The notes below the pieces were generated by a model. It worked only from the letters and a program-made list of their open reading frames with translations. It ran no database searches and had not been told where the DNA came from. 64,000 nucleotides of DNA from Alphaproteobacteria bacterium (GTDB lineage: Bacteria; Pseudomonadota; Alphaproteobacteria; MPNO01), in assembly GCA_965248835.1 (NCBI GenBank), contig CBDFLJ010000002.1, forward strand, positions 1,248,001 through 1,312,000, given 5' to 3'. Positions 34,205 to 44,792 of the stretch are shown here, piece by piece. Each line of letters opens with the position of its first letter. Within the stretch, counting starts at the first letter, position 1. The position numbers were made by a program, and so were the translations under genes.

Positions 34205-34998
34205 GCGACGTGCTCGCGCGCATCTGCGAGGTCAAGCGCGCCCACGTCGCCGATGTCCGCGCCCGCCACCCGCTGAGCGAGGTGAAGGAGCGCGCGTGCG
34301 CCGCATCGCCGCCGCGCGGGTTCGCCGCCACCCTGGCCGAGGCCAGGACGGCCGGCGTCTACGGCCTGATCGCCGAGATCAAGCGCGCCTCGCCCAGCAA
34401 GGGAATGATCCGTGAGGAATTCGAGCCCGCCATGCTGGCGCGCGCCTATTGCGAAGGCGGCGCGCGCTGCCTGTCGGTGCTGACCGACATGCCGTATTTC
34501 TGCGGTGCGGACGACCATTTGCTGGCCGCCCGCGCCGCCGTCAACCTGCCGGTGCTGCGCAAGGACTTCATGCTGGACCCCTATCAGATCGTCGAGGCGC
34601 GATCGATCGGCGCGGATTGCGTGCTGCTGATCATGGCGGCGCTGGGCGACGGCCAGGCGGGCGAGCTTGCCGGTCTGGCGCAGAGCCTGGGCATGGACAT
34701 CCTGGTCGAGGTGCATGATGAGGCCGAGCTTGCCCGCGCGCTCGATCTCGGCACCGGGATCATCGGCGTCAACAACCGCAACCTCAAGACCCTGGTTACC
34801 GACACCGCGACCACGATTCGGCTGGCGCCGCTGGTGCCGGAAGACCGCCTGGTCGTCGCCGAGAGCGGCCTGTCGAGCCCCGCTGATCTTGCCGCGATGA
34901 AGGCTGCCGGCGTGACCACCTTCCTGATCGGCGAAGCGCTGATGAGCAAACAGGACGTGCGCGCCGCGACTGCGGAAATCCTGGGCCGGGCCGCGTGA
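34201..34998 (+). CDS. trpC: Indole-3-glycerol phosphate synthase
   Basis: [33 protein letters not shown]; start at MSDVL overlapping trpD stop. Confidence 0.97.
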   Translation: MSDVLARICEVKRAHVADVRARHPLSEVKERACAASPPRGFAATLAEARTAGVYGLIAEIKRASPSKGMIREEFEPAMLARAYCEGGARCLSVLTDMPYFCGADDHLLAARAAVNLPVLRKDFMLDPYQIVEARSIGADCVLLIMAALGDGQAGELAGLAQSLGMDILVEVHDEAELARALDLGTGIIGVNNRNLKTLVTDTATTIRLAPLVPEDRLVVAESGLSSPADLAAMKAAGVTTFLIGEALMSKQDVRAATAEILGRAA

Positions 34999-35480
34999 TG
35001 GCCGAGTTCAGCCACATCGACGAAGAAGGCAAGGCGGTGATGGTCGACGTCACAGCCAAACCGGCCACCGAACGGGTTGCGACCGCGCGCGGCGAGGTCG
35101 CGATGTCGCCCGGGACCATCGCCCGGATCGCTGAAGGCAGCGTGGCCAAGGGCGATGTGCTGAGCGTGGCCCGGCTGGCCGGCATCATGGGCGCCAAGCA
35201 GACCGCCAACCTGATCCCGCTGTGTCATCCGCTGGCGCTGAACGCGATCGACCTCGACTTGCGCTGCGATACCGCGCGCGGGGTCGTCGCGATCGAGGCG
35301 ACCTGCCGGCTTGTCGGGCGTACGGGCGTGGAGATGGAGGCGCTGACCGCGGTCAGCATCGCCGCACTGACGATCTACGACATGTGCAAGGCGGTTGAGC
35401 GCGGCATGCGGATCGGCGAGATCCGGTTGGTTCACAAGGCCGGCGGGCGGTCCGGCACCTACCTGTCTGAGGAGAGATGA
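34998..35480 (+). CDS. moaC: Cyclic pyranopterin monophosphate synthase
   Basis: [33 protein letters not shown]. Confidence 0.97.
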   Translation: MAEFSHIDEEGKAVMVDVTAKPATERVATARGEVAMSPGTIARIAEGSVAKGDVLSVARLAGIMGAKQTANLIPLCHPLALNAIDLDLRCDTARGVVAIEATCRLVGRTGVEMEALTAVSIAALTIYDMCKAVERGMRIGEIRLVHKAGGRSGTYLSEER

Positions 35481-36694
35481 TCCCGGTCGCCGAGGCGCGT
35501 GCGCGGATTCTGCAGACGCTGGAGCCTACCCCAGCCGAACAGGTCGCGCTCGCCGACGGGCTGGGCCGCGTGCTCGCGCACGATGTCACGGCCAGGCGCA
35601 CTCAGCCGCCGCTGGCGGTCTCGGCGATGGACGGCTATGCGGTTCGGGCAGCCGACGTCGAGTCCCTGCCCGCGCAACTCACAGTGATCGGCTATGCCCC
35701 GGCGGGCAGCGCCTTCACCGGCGCCGTCGGGCCGGGCCAGGCGGTGCGCATCTTCACCGGTGCGCCGGTGCCCGAAGGTGCCGACACGATCGTCATCCAG
35801 GAGAACACCGAAGAGGCCGATGGCGGGCTCACCGTGGTTGCAGGATCCGCGCCGCTGGGTCGCTATGTCCGGCCGGCCGGGCTCGACTTTTCCGAGGGCG
35901 AGGTGTTGCTGCGCGCCGGCCGCGTGCTGACCGCGCGGGACCTGGGTCTGGCCGCGGGCATGAACGTCCCCTGGCTGATGGTCCACCGCAAGCCCAGGGT
36001 CGCGATTCTGGCGACGGGCGACGAGATCGTCATGCCGGGCGAGCCGATCGGCGACAACCAGATCGTAAGCTCGAACGCTATGGCCCTGGCCGGCTTCGTC
36101 GAGGCCGAGGGCGGCATCGCCGTCGACCTCGGCATCGCACCGGACTCTGCCAAGGCGCTGAAGGCGATGGCCGCCGGCGCGCGCGGCACCGATCTGGTGA
36201 TTACCACTGGCGGCGCTTCGGTCGGCGATCACGACCTGGTCAGATCGGTGCTTGGCGAAGTCGGGCTCGAAGTCGATTTCTGGCGCATCGCGATGCGGCC
36301 CGGCAAGCCGCTGATCTTCGGCCGGCTGGCCGGCACGCCATTGCTCGGCCTGCCCGGCAACCCGGTTTCCTCGCTTGTCTGCGCGGTGATCTTCCTGCGC
36401 CCGGCGCTGGCTGCGCTGCTCGGTTCGGACAGAGGTGGACAGGCCAGCGAGACCGCTATCCTCGGCGTCGATCTACCGCCGAACGACGAACGGGAGGACT
36501 ATCTGCGCGCCACACTGGCGCGCGACGAGCGGGGCCGGGCGGTCGTCCGCCCGTTCCACATCCAGGACAGCTCCATGTTCGCCAACATGGCGCGCGCGCA
36601 CTGTCTGGTGATCCGTCCGCCGCACGCGCCGGTCGCGCCGGCGGGAAGCGACGTCGAAATTCTCCTCCTTGGCGGCGGCATCTGCGGCATCTGA
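35477..36694 (+). CDS. moeA: Molybdopterin molybdotransferase
   Basis: [38 protein letters not shown]. Confidence 0.96.
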   Translation: MIPVAEARARILQTLEPTPAEQVALADGLGRVLAHDVTARRTQPPLAVSAMDGYAVRAADVESLPAQLTVIGYAPAGSAFTGAVGPGQAVRIFTGAPVPEGADTIVIQENTEEADGGLTVVAGSAPLGRYVRPAGLDFSEGEVLLRAGRVLTARDLGLAAGMNVPWLMVHRKPRVAILATGDEIVMPGEPIGDNQIVSSNAMALAGFVEAEGGIAVDLGIAPDSAKALKAMAAGARGTDLVITTGGASVGDHDLVRSVLGEVGLEVDFWRIAMRPGKPLIFGRLAGTPLLGLPGNPVSSLVCAVIFLRPALAALLGSDRGGQASETAILGVDLPPNDEREDYLRATLARDERGRAVVRPFHIQDSSMFANMARAHCLVIRPPHAPVAPAGSDVEILLLGGGICGI

Positions 36695-36762
36695 GCCTGG
36701 ATTTCTTCATCGGCGAATCGTCGGCGCGTCGTCGGGCCGCTTCGATGCTTGACGAGACACCA

Positions 36763-36802
36763 GAACTTAACTAGAACCTGTGGCGAGGTTTTCGTTTTGT
36801 TC
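36763..36802. promoter_or_regulatory. Two LexA (SOS) boxes in the lexA promoter
   Basis: GAAC-TTAACTA-GAAC (36763-36777) and GTTT-TCGTTTT-GTTC (36788-36802) match the alphaproteobacterial GAAC-N7-GAAC/GTTC-N7-GTTC box; TTGACG at 36749. Confidence 0.85.
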
Positions 36803-36836
36803 CAGATGTTGTGTGGCTGCAACCGAGGCGAGGAGA

Positions 36837-37541
36837 ATGTTGACAGCAAAGCAATACGAGCTGCTGCTCTATATTGATACCTTCATCACACAGCACGGCG
36901 TCTCTCCGTCTTTCGACGAGATGAAGGAGGCGTTGAACCTGAAGTCCAAGTCGGGGATCCATCGCCTGATCACGGCTCTGGAGGAGCGCGGGTTCATCGG
37001 CCGCCTACCCTATCGCGCCCGCGCGCTGGAGGTGCGCCGCCGCCCGGAAAAAATGTCCAGAGAGGGGCATCGGCCGCCCGACCGCGGCTTTGCGCCGCGG
37101 GTTATCAAGGGCGATTTCTCGACCGGGCTCGGCGGGGCGGCCGCGCCGTCGCAGGGCGATATCGTTGCCTTGCCGCTCTACGGCCGGATCGCGGCTGGCG
37201 TGCCGATCGAAGCGCTGCGCGACACCACGCAGACCTTCGGCATGCCGGCGAGCCTGTTGGGCGGCGGCGAGCATTACGCGCTGGAAGTCGCCGGCGATTC
37301 GATGATCGACGCCGGCATCCATGACGGTGATATCGCGGTCATCCGGCGTGGCGAGACCGCCGAGAACGGCGACATCGTGGTCGCCCTTCTGGCTGACGAC
37401 GAGGTGACGCTGAAGCGGTTCCGCAGGCGCGGAGACTCGATCGCGCTCGAGCCGGCCAACCCGGCCCACGAGACCCGGATATTCGGACCCGATCAGGTCA
37501 AGGTTCAGGGTCGCTTGGCCGCCTTGTTCCGCCTGTACTGA
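36837..37541 (+). CDS. lexA: Transcriptional repressor LexA
   Basis: [26 protein letters not shown] cleavage site, GDSM, TLK; AGGAG RBS. Confidence 0.97.
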   Translation: MLTAKQYELLLYIDTFITQHGVSPSFDEMKEALNLKSKSGIHRLITALEERGFIGRLPYRARALEVRRRPEKMSREGHRPPDRGFAPRVIKGDFSTGLGGAAAPSQGDIVALPLYGRIAAGVPIEALRDTTQTFGMPASLLGGGEHYALEVAGDSMIDAGIHDGDIAVIRRGETAENGDIVVALLADDEVTLKRFRRRGDSIALEPANPAHETRIFGPDQVKVQGRLAALFRLY

Positions 37542-39636
37542 GCCGTCCAGGGCCGCAGCCCCCTGCCCTGAGCGACGCTGCGCACGCGGACCGTATCTCC
37601 CTCCGACCACAGCGCGTGCGCACCGTTGCTGTAGCGCGCACGGCGATCGATGATTGGATCCGGGCCACGGCAGCGCCATCGCTTTACGGCAACCGCCGCG
37701 ATCACTGCCGCCGCCCTGGCGCAGTCCTCCAGCAGTGCGGCGCGGTCGGTGACGATCGCAACCACTGGGCCCGTGCCGGCACGCACACATCCCAGGCGGT
37801 CGCAGGCGAGCTGGCCTGCCGCCGGTGCGCCTGGGCGAGGCCAGGGCGCTGCCGCACCCAGCCCGGCACGGCGCAGCCACAGATCGCGGGTATAGCTACG
37901 GGTGCCGGGCGAGACCGCGAGCCCGCCGTCGGCGAGCCGCACAGCGAAGGCTCCAGGCGCCCGGCCGGCAAAGATATCGGGCGGCCGATCCAGCAGCGCG
38001 ATGGGAATTGCCGCGAGCATGGGCAGAACGCCCGCCAGGCGCAAACGGCCCTGCCACAGCGCGAGCCACAAGCCACCCGCCGCCACCGCGACCAGGCATG
38101 CGACCGGCACCGCGCGGACCAGAAGCACCGCATCGGGCCAGGACGAGACTTCGCGCGCAACGGCGACGACCGCACCGATCCCCCAACCCATCGGTGTCAG
38201 TGCCAGCCCTTCCAGCCCCAAGCACATCAGGGCGAAGGCGGCGATCGCCCACGGCATGATCCATAACCCGGTGATTGGGATCGCGATCAGGTTGGCGATC
38301 ACGCCATAAAGCGCGAACCGGTTGAAGTGATAGATCGCAAACGGCGCGGTGGCCGAGCCGGCGATCAGCGTGGTGAGCGCAATTCCCGCGCCATAGAGCA
38401 CGAGCCGGCGCGCCGGTCCGGCATCGCTTCTGAACGCTGCCAGCCGCTGGGCGTTGGCCTCGTAGAGGCGACAAGAGCGACGACGGCGGCGAAAGAGAGC
38501 TGGAAGCTGGCGCTGAGCACGCTTTCCGGCGAGATAAGCAGGACGACCGCGCCTGAGACGGCAACCAGCCGCATCGAGATCGGGTTGCGGTCGAGGATAA
38601 TCGCCAGGAGGACGATGCCCAGCATCAGGAACGCGCGCTGCGTCGGGATCGAAGCGCCTGAGATCACGAGGTATCCGAGCGCGCCGATGAACGCGCCCAC
38701 GGCGGCCCATTTTTTGATCGGGTAGCGCAGCGCTAGCGCGGGTACCGACGCCATCGCCCCGCGCAGCACACCGAACAGCAGTCCCGCAACCAGGGCGAAA
38801 TGAAGCCCGGAGATTGCCAGCAGGTGCGCAAGCCCTGAATCGCGAATCGCAGCCAGGATCTCGGGTGGGATCGCGCGGCGCTCCCCGGTGGTCAGCGCCG
38901 CCGCAATCGCGTTCTCCGGTGCCGGCAGGGCGGCCAGGATCCGCGCGGTCACTGCGTGACGGAGCCCGTTGATGGCTGCGCGAAGCCCCGGGGTGTCCGG
39001 CCCTGGCGCCACCTGCGCGGTCCCGAGCGCGAAGCCGACCGCGCCGATCCCATCAAAATAGGCCCGCCGGGCGAAATCGAACGCGCCAGGCGCGGCGGGT
39101 TCGGGCGGCGGTTGAAGGATCGCAAGCGCGCGCAACCGCGTGCCCGGCGCCGGGTCGGCAGCGGCCCGGCGGACCCTTATCCGGATCCGCCGGGGAGAGG
39201 AAGCGGGATCATGCCCGACGATCAGCGGATCGGCCAACCGCAAGCGCCAACCGCCGACCCCGTCAGGCGAGGCCGCCTCGATGAGCCCTTCGACCATTAC
39301 CGGCCCCAGCCGTTTGTCCAGAACGGGCGCAGCTACCGTGGCGGTGCGGAGCTGGGCAACGCCAAAGCCCAGCCCGGCGACGCCCGCGACCAACAGAGCC
39401 GGTGCCGCTCCATGGCGGTACAAACCGACGGCCGGCACCATCAGCAGCGCGCATGCGAGGCCCAGCCAGCCTGCGGGCTCGGCCGGAAGGGCGAAGTAGA
39501 CGGCGATGCCCAGCCCGAGCGCCGGCGCCAGCCAGAGGACCCAGCGATCGCGCTGCGCGGCGATCTCCCGTATCGGCGCCAGGCACGCACGCACACCCGC
39601 TGCGCCGGATGCGAAATACGCGCTCAGCCCGGCCAT
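37505..39636 (-). pseudogene. comEC: ComEC/Rec2 competence protein, frameshifted near 38466
   Basis: FDFARRAYF, SGLAHLLAISGLH, PTQRA, SFQLSFAAV in one frame; YEA...APFAIYHFNR, ANLIAIP in the next; lexA-comEC-gltX order. Confidence 0.88.
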
Positions 39637-39698
39637 GACATATGGCGCCCGATCGTGTATGCGCTGTCCGCCAAGATCTTCGGCGCCGAGGAGACAGC

Positions 39699-41102
39699 AT
39701 GACCGTGATCACGCGCTTTGCCCCCTCGCCCACCGGATTCCTTCATATCGGCGGAGCGCGCACGGCGCTGTTCAACTGGCTTTTCGCACGTCATCACGAC
39801 GGCCGATTTCTGCTGCGCATCGAGGACACCGACCGCCGGCGCTCGACGGAAGAAGCGGTCGAGGCGATCTTCGACGGGCTATCCTGGCTCGGCATCGACT
39901 GGGATGGCGAGCCGGTCCGCCAGTTCGCCCGCTCGTCCCGCCATGTCGCTGCCGCCCAACGCCTGCTCGCCGAAGGAAACGCCTACCACTGTTATGCCAC
40001 ACAAGCCGAGCTGGCCGAAATGCGTGAACGCTCCCGCGAGCAAGGCCGCACCATGCTTTATGACGGCCGGTGGCGCGATCGGGATCCGGCGGAGGCGCCG
40101 CCCGACGCCGCCCCGGTAATCCGGTTCAAGGCGCCGCGCGAGGGCGAGACCTTCATTGAGGACGGTGTGCAGGGAACGGTCCGGGTCGCCAATGCGCAGC
40201 TCGACGACATGATCCTGCTGCGCGCCGACGGCACGCCGACCTACATGCTCGCCGTCGTGGTCGACGACTACGAGATGGGGATCACCGACGTGATCCGGGG
40301 CGACGACCACTTGACGAACGCATTTCGCCAGACCCAGCTCTTTCGCGCGCTCGGCTGGTCGCCGCCGCGCTTTGCCCACATCCCGCTGATCCACGGCCCG
40401 GACGGCGCGAAGCTCTCCAAGCGCCACGGCGCGCTCGGCGTGGCGGCCTACCGCGACATGGGGTTTCTGCCCGATGCGCTTGTCAACGCACTGTTGCGGC
40501 TCGGCTGGAGTCACGGCGACGAGGAGATCATTGCGCGCAAGCAGGCGATCGGCTGGTTCGACTTGGACGGCATCGGGCGCGGCGCAGCGCGGTTCGACAT
40601 GGCGCGGCTCACGAGCCTCAACGCCCACTATATCCAGCAGGAGGACCCGGCGCGGCTGGTCGCCTTGATCCGCGGCGGTATCGAGCGGAGGCTCTCCCGC
40701 AGGCTCGATGAAACCGAGATCGAGCGGCTGGAAGCGGCCATACCCGGCTTAAAGACGCGTTCGAAAACATTGCTAGAACTTTCTGAAAACGCCTTCTTTT
40801 ATGTCATACCACGCAAAATTCCGATTGGGGAAAAGGCCAACAAGGCCTTAAGTCAGGCGGCCCGCGCGATGCTGGCCGAGCTGGCCGCGGTGCTGCCGGG
40901 GCCCGAAGGCTGGAGCGAGAAAGAGATTGAGGCCGCGGTGCGGGGCTTCGCCGAGGAACGCCGGCTCGCGCTTGGCGCGGTCGCCCAACCGTTGCGTGCC
41001 GCGCTGACCGGCAGCACGGTTTCACCCGGAATCTTCGAGGTCGCCGCCGTGCTCGGGCACACCGAAACGCTCGGCCGGATCGGCGACATCACCGAAGCCT
41101 GA
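39699..41102 (+). CDS. gltX: Glutamate--tRNA ligase
   Basis: [33 protein letters not shown]. Confidence 0.97.
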   Translation: MTVITRFAPSPTGFLHIGGARTALFNWLFARHHDGRFLLRIEDTDRRRSTEEAVEAIFDGLSWLGIDWDGEPVRQFARSSRHVAAAQRLLAEGNAYHCYATQAELAEMRERSREQGRTMLYDGRWRDRDPAEAPPDAAPVIRFKAPREGETFIEDGVQGTVRVANAQLDDMILLRADGTPTYMLAVVVDDYEMGITDVIRGDDHLTNAFRQTQLFRALGWSPPRFAHIPLIHGPDGAKLSKRHGALGVAAYRDMGFLPDALVNALLRLGWSHGDEEIIARKQAIGWFDLDGIGRGAARFDMARLTSLNAHYIQQEDPARLVALIRGGIERRLSRRLDETEIERLEAAIPGLKTRSKTLLELSENAFFYVIPRKIPIGEKANKALSQAARAMLAELAAVLPGPEGWSEKEIEAAVRGFAEERRLALGAVAQPLRAALTGSTVSPGIFEVAAVLGHTETLGRIGDITEA

Positions 41103-41209
41103 AGGCCCTGGCGTCCCTGGCCAAATTTGCGTCGCCGAGCCGATCCCGGTAAATTACGGCAATTCGGTCGCACCGAACCGAAACCCTTACGAAACACGGG
41201 GAATACCAT

Positions 41210-42541
41210 ATGAGCGATGACTCGTCGGCCGCCGTGGCGATACCTCCCAAAGACAGCGTGTCCGTGACCAACAACGCAAGCGGCGAGACGGTTACGATGC
41301 CTGTCCTGCAAGGCACCGCCGGCCCGAAGGTCATCGATATCCGGAAGCTTTACGCCACAACGGATATGTTCACCTATGACCCGGGCTATACGGCGACGGG
41401 AAGCTGTGAGTCCAAGATCACCTATATCGACGGCGACAAAGGCGTCCTGCTGCACCGCGGCTATGCGATCGACGAGCTGGCGATCCAAAGCGACTTCATG
41501 GAAGTCTGCTATCTGCTGCTCTACGGCGAGCTTCCGACCCATGACCAGAAGGAGACTTTCGTTACCGCGATCACCCGTCACACGATGGTTCACGAGCAAC
41601 TGCACAAGTTCATCGACGGGTTCAGGCGCGATGCCCATCCGATGGCGATCATGTGCGGCGTCGTCGGCGCGCTGTCCGCGTTCTATCACGACAGCACCGA
41701 CATCGCAGATGCCCGCCAGCGGATGATCGCCTCCTACCGGATGATCGCCAAGATGCCCACCTTGGCCGCGTGGGCGTTCAAATACTCGCTTGGCCAGCCA
41801 TTCATCTACCCGCGGAACGACCTCTCCTATGCGGAGAACCTGATCCATATGTTGTTCGCCACGCCGTGCGAGGACTACGAGATAAGCCCGGTCGTCGCCA
41901 GGGCGCTGGACCGCATACTGATCCTGCACGCCGATCACGAGCAGAACGCCTCGACCTCGACGGTGCGCCTGGCCGGCTCCAGCGGCGCCAACCCGTTCGC
42001 CTGCATCGCCGCGGGGATTGCAAGCCTGTGGGGACCGGCCCACGGCGGCGCCAACGAGGCGGTGCTCAACATGCTCAATGAGATCGGCAGCACCAACCGG
42101 ATCGCCGAGTTCATCGAGCGCGCAAAGAACCCCGAGGATCCGTTCCGGCTGATGGGCTTCGGCCATCGGGTCTACAAGAACTTCGATCCGCGCGCGCGCC
42201 TGATGCGCGAGTCCTGCCACGAGGTGCTCAACGAGATGGGGATCCACGACGAGCCGCTTTTGGAGCTCGCGATGGAGCTCGAGCGGATCGCGCTGGAGGA
42301 CGACTACTTCGTCGAGCGCAGGCTCTATCCCAATGTCGACTTCTATTCGGGCATCATCTTCAAGGCGATCGGCATCCCGGTCACCATGTTCACGGTCATC
42401 TTCGCGGTCGCACGCACCGTCGGCTGGGTCGCCCAGTGGAACGAGATGATCGAGGACCCGAACCAGAAGATCGGCCGGCCCCGCCAGCTCTACACCGGCC
42501 CCGACCAGAGAGCCTTCGTGCCTCTGAGCGAGCGCACCTAA
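41210..42541 (+). CDS. gltA: Citrate synthase (type II)
   Basis: [40 protein letters not shown]. Confidence 0.98.
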   Translation: MSDDSSAAVAIPPKDSVSVTNNASGETVTMPVLQGTAGPKVIDIRKLYATTDMFTYDPGYTATGSCESKITYIDGDKGVLLHRGYAIDELAIQSDFMEVCYLLLYGELPTHDQKETFVTAITRHTMVHEQLHKFIDGFRRDAHPMAIMCGVVGALSAFYHDSTDIADARQRMIASYRMIAKMPTLAAWAFKYSLGQPFIYPRNDLSYAENLIHMLFATPCEDYEISPVVARALDRILILHADHEQNASTSTVRLAGSSGANPFACIAAGIASLWGPAHGGANEAVLNMLNEIGSTNRIAEFIERAKNPEDPFRLMGFGHRVYKNFDPRARLMRESCHEVLNEMGIHDEPLLELAMELERIALEDDYFVERRLYPNVDFYSGIIFKAIGIPVTMFTVIFAVARTVGWVAQWNEMIEDPNQKIGRPRQLYTGPDQRAFVPLSERT

Positions 42542-42951
42542 GCGCGCTGGATCAACTCGATGCGGTAGCCGTCGGGATCTTCAATGAAGGCCATATGAGT
42601 CTGGCTGCCGCCGAACTTCATCGGGCCCGGCTTGCGCGGCACGCTGACCCCCTCGCCTTCGAGCGCCTCGCAGACGCCGTAGACGTCCGGCACGCCGACT
42701 GCGAGGTGGCCGAACGCCGAACCGAGCTCGTAGGCCTCTTCCTGATCCCAGTTATGGGTCAGCTCGATGACCGTCGTTGCGCTCTCATCGCCGTATCCGA
42801 GAAAGGCCAGAGTGAACCGCCCGTCAGGGAACTCCCGGCGGCGCAGAACCTTCATCCCGAGATGGCGGGTGTAGAAATCGATCGATTTATCGAGATCCAG
42901 CACCCGCAGCATCGTGTGAAGAAACCGGTAGTTCGTCGCGGCATCGCTCAT
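42538..42951 (-). CDS. gloA: Lactoylglutathione lyase (glyoxalase I)
   Basis: [29 protein letters not shown]. Confidence 0.96.
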   Translation of the reverse strand: MSDAATNYRFLHTMLRVLDLDKSIDFYTRHLGMKVLRRREFPDGRFTLAFLGYGDESATTVIELTHNWDQEEAYELGSAFGHLAVGVPDVYGVCEALEGEGVSVPRKPGPMKFGGSQTHMAFIEDPDGYRIELIQRA

Positions 42952-43075
42952 ATTTTATCTCCCTCCTCGGCGCACGCGACAGTCTGCTGCCGGCGTGCGA
43001 TCTCCAGAACCATGTCGGCCGCCCTTGCGCTCGGCCGCAGCCCGACTAGGCAAAGCGCCGCGATCGCGCGGCTCG
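42948..43075 (-). pseudogene. lpxB: lpxB C-terminal relic
   Basis: SRAIAALCLVGLRPSARAADMVLEIARR...* resembles the LpxB tail (ALxxLGLGGxxPSxRAAxxVL); stop overlaps gloA start (ATGA); syntenic position. Confidence 0.6.
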
Positions 43076-43149
43076 GGGGCGGCGGCCAAGCGGCCACCGC
43101 CGCCTCGCTCTGCCTAGCCTGGGGGCGATCACGGGCATCACGGGCGATA

Positions 43150-43230
43150 GAACGGGCCGACTCAACAATAAGAGCCTATACGCTCGCCATCAGCCGGCGA
43201 AGCACCGGGGTGGACATCGATCGTGTCTGC
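43150..43230 (-). pseudogene. lpxA: lpxA N-terminal relic
   Basis: TIDVHPGASPADGERIGSYC*VGP directly after fabZ resembles the LpxA start (IHPTA..PGA.LADGV.IGPYC.VGP); no start codon, stop at 43162-43164. Confidence 0.65.
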
Positions 43231-43704
43231 CTATTGCTCGACGATCATCGCGGCGTAGGTCGCCTCGGCAACGACCGTCCCGGCGACGACGGCCTTGCCG
43301 GCGAATTTCCACACGTTCCCGCGCATCTGCAGCTTCTCGACCTCGATGTGCACCGAATCTCCCGGTACGACCGGCTTGCGGAACCGCGCGCTGTCGATCG
43401 ACATGAAATAGACCAGCTTGCCCTCAGCCTCCGGTCCAAGGGTATGAACGACCAAAACCGCAGAGGTCTGCGCCATCGCTTCGATCAGCAGCACCCCGGG
43501 CATGACCTTATGGTGGGGGAAGTGCCCCATGAAATGCGGCTCGTTGACGGATACATTCTTCAAGCCGGTCGCCCGGACGGCCGGCACAAGCTCGAGGATC
43601 CGGTCGATCATCAAGAACGGATATCGGTGCGGAATCATCTCCATGACCCGCGCGATATCCATGCCTTCCAGTGTTTTCTCGGTCTCTACGGTGTCCATCT
43701 TCAT
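43231..43704 (-). CDS. fabZ: 3-hydroxyacyl-ACP dehydratase
   Basis: IPHRYPFLMIDR, GHFP, MPGVLLIEAMAQ, FRKPVVPGD. Confidence 0.97.
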   Translation of the reverse strand: MKMDTVETEKTLEGMDIARVMEMIPHRYPFLMIDRILELVPAVRATGLKNVSVNEPHFMGHFPHHKVMPGVLLIEAMAQTSAVLVVHTLGPEAEGKLVYFMSIDSARFRKPVVPGDSVHIEVEKLQMRGNVWKFAGKAVVAGTVVAEATYAAMIVEQ

Positions 43705-44180
43705 CCGCTGTTCTTATCCGCGAGCCGTTTCAAGGTGGCGACGCCGCGAAAGTATTTGCTGGCCGGCATTAACGGGTAGCCGGCCACGTCTCGCCGTCAC
43801 CGACTTTGCGCGTCATCCCCGCTTTCGCGCCAACCTAGGCCCCTTCCCCTTTGCCAATCTTCAAATGTCCAGCGGCATTACCCTGGGCAGCAATGGCGGC
43901 GTACCCACTGAGGGTCGTGCTTCCCAATATTCCGGCTTGGGCAACGACGATGCAACCTTGTCCAAGGATGACGTTGTGCCCGATCTTGAGCAAATTATCA
44001 ATCCTGGACCATCGGCCGATGACCCTATCGTGCCCCGCCCCGCGATCAATGATCGAATTGGCCCCGATCTCAATATCGTCCTCGATGACAACGTGGCTTT
44101 CTGGAGCGGCGCCGCACCGCGGATCGAGCGATCCGCGTCGGCGCCGCTGGACAGTTCCGCACCGGCGAGCCCGGACAGTC
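43701..44180 (-). pseudogene. lpxD: lpxD pseudogene (UDP-3-O-acylglucosamine N-acyltransferase)
   Basis: [25 protein letters not shown] / [18 protein letters not shown]...[14 protein letters not shown]...GHLKIG..* / VAGYP...VATLKRLA*; no start, large internal deletion near 44094, TAG at 43835-43837, frameshift near 43788. Confidence 0.9.
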
Positions 44181-44188
44181 GCCGTGGT

Positions 44189-44785
44189 CTATTTCTTGGT
44201 CTTCGATCCACCGGGCGAAGCGGCCTTGGGCATGGTCACCTTGACCGAAGGCAGTATCTTGTTCACCCGCTCGAGCACTTCCTTGGTGATGTCGAGGTTT
44301 TTGGCCGACAGGATGATGATCGATTTGGGCAGCACCAGATCGAGCTTACGCTCGTTGGCGATCTTCGCTGCACCGACCAGCATCGATTGCTGCACCTTGC
44401 CAATCGCGATGTTGTAGGCGCTGTCGAGCTGGCGCTTGCGGATCTGGAACTCGGTCTGTGCCGCGCGCGCCTTGGTTTCGTACTCTCGCCGCTTCTTGGC
44501 GAAGGCATCAGGGGACAGGATCGCCCGTTGGCGCTGCAGATCCTGGCTCGCCTTGCGTAACTCGCCCTCGCGCTTGCGGACGGCGGCCTGATAGGTCGCG
44601 TGCAGATTTTCGATCTGCGGCCGGATGCTCTTGGAGGCCTTGGAATCGCGAAGGATGGATTGGACGTCGACCACCGCAATGGACGGGGACGAATCCTGCG
44701 CGCCGGCCGGCGGAGTCCAGGCCAGGACGGCGGCGATCAGGATGGACGCCGTGCTGATTTGCCACCGAAGCGTTGTCGATTGCAT
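44189..44785 (-). CDS. OmpH/Skp family outer-membrane chaperone
   Basis: Signal peptide, IAVVDVQ, coiled coils, DITKEVL; follows bamA. Confidence 0.9.
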   Translation of the reverse strand: MQSTTLRWQISTASILIAAVLAWTPPAGAQDSSPSIAVVDVQSILRDSKASKSIRPQIENLHATYQAAVRKREGELRKASQDLQRQRAILSPDAFAKKRREYETKARAAQTEFQIRKRQLDSAYNIAIGKVQQSMLVGAAKIANERKLDLVLPKSIIILSAKNLDITKEVLERVNKILPSVKVTMPKAASPGGSKTKK

Positions 44786-44792
44786 GGCTGGC

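Noticed and set aside
43162-43164. TGA after Cys in the lpxA-like fragment as another Sec codon
   Set aside because: The position is not a Cys in LpxA, the frame has no start, and the region is a degraded scar.
43502-44560. Plus-strand ORFs over the skp-fabZ gap as novel genes
   Set aside because: They are antisense shadows of the lpxD relic, fabZ and skp.
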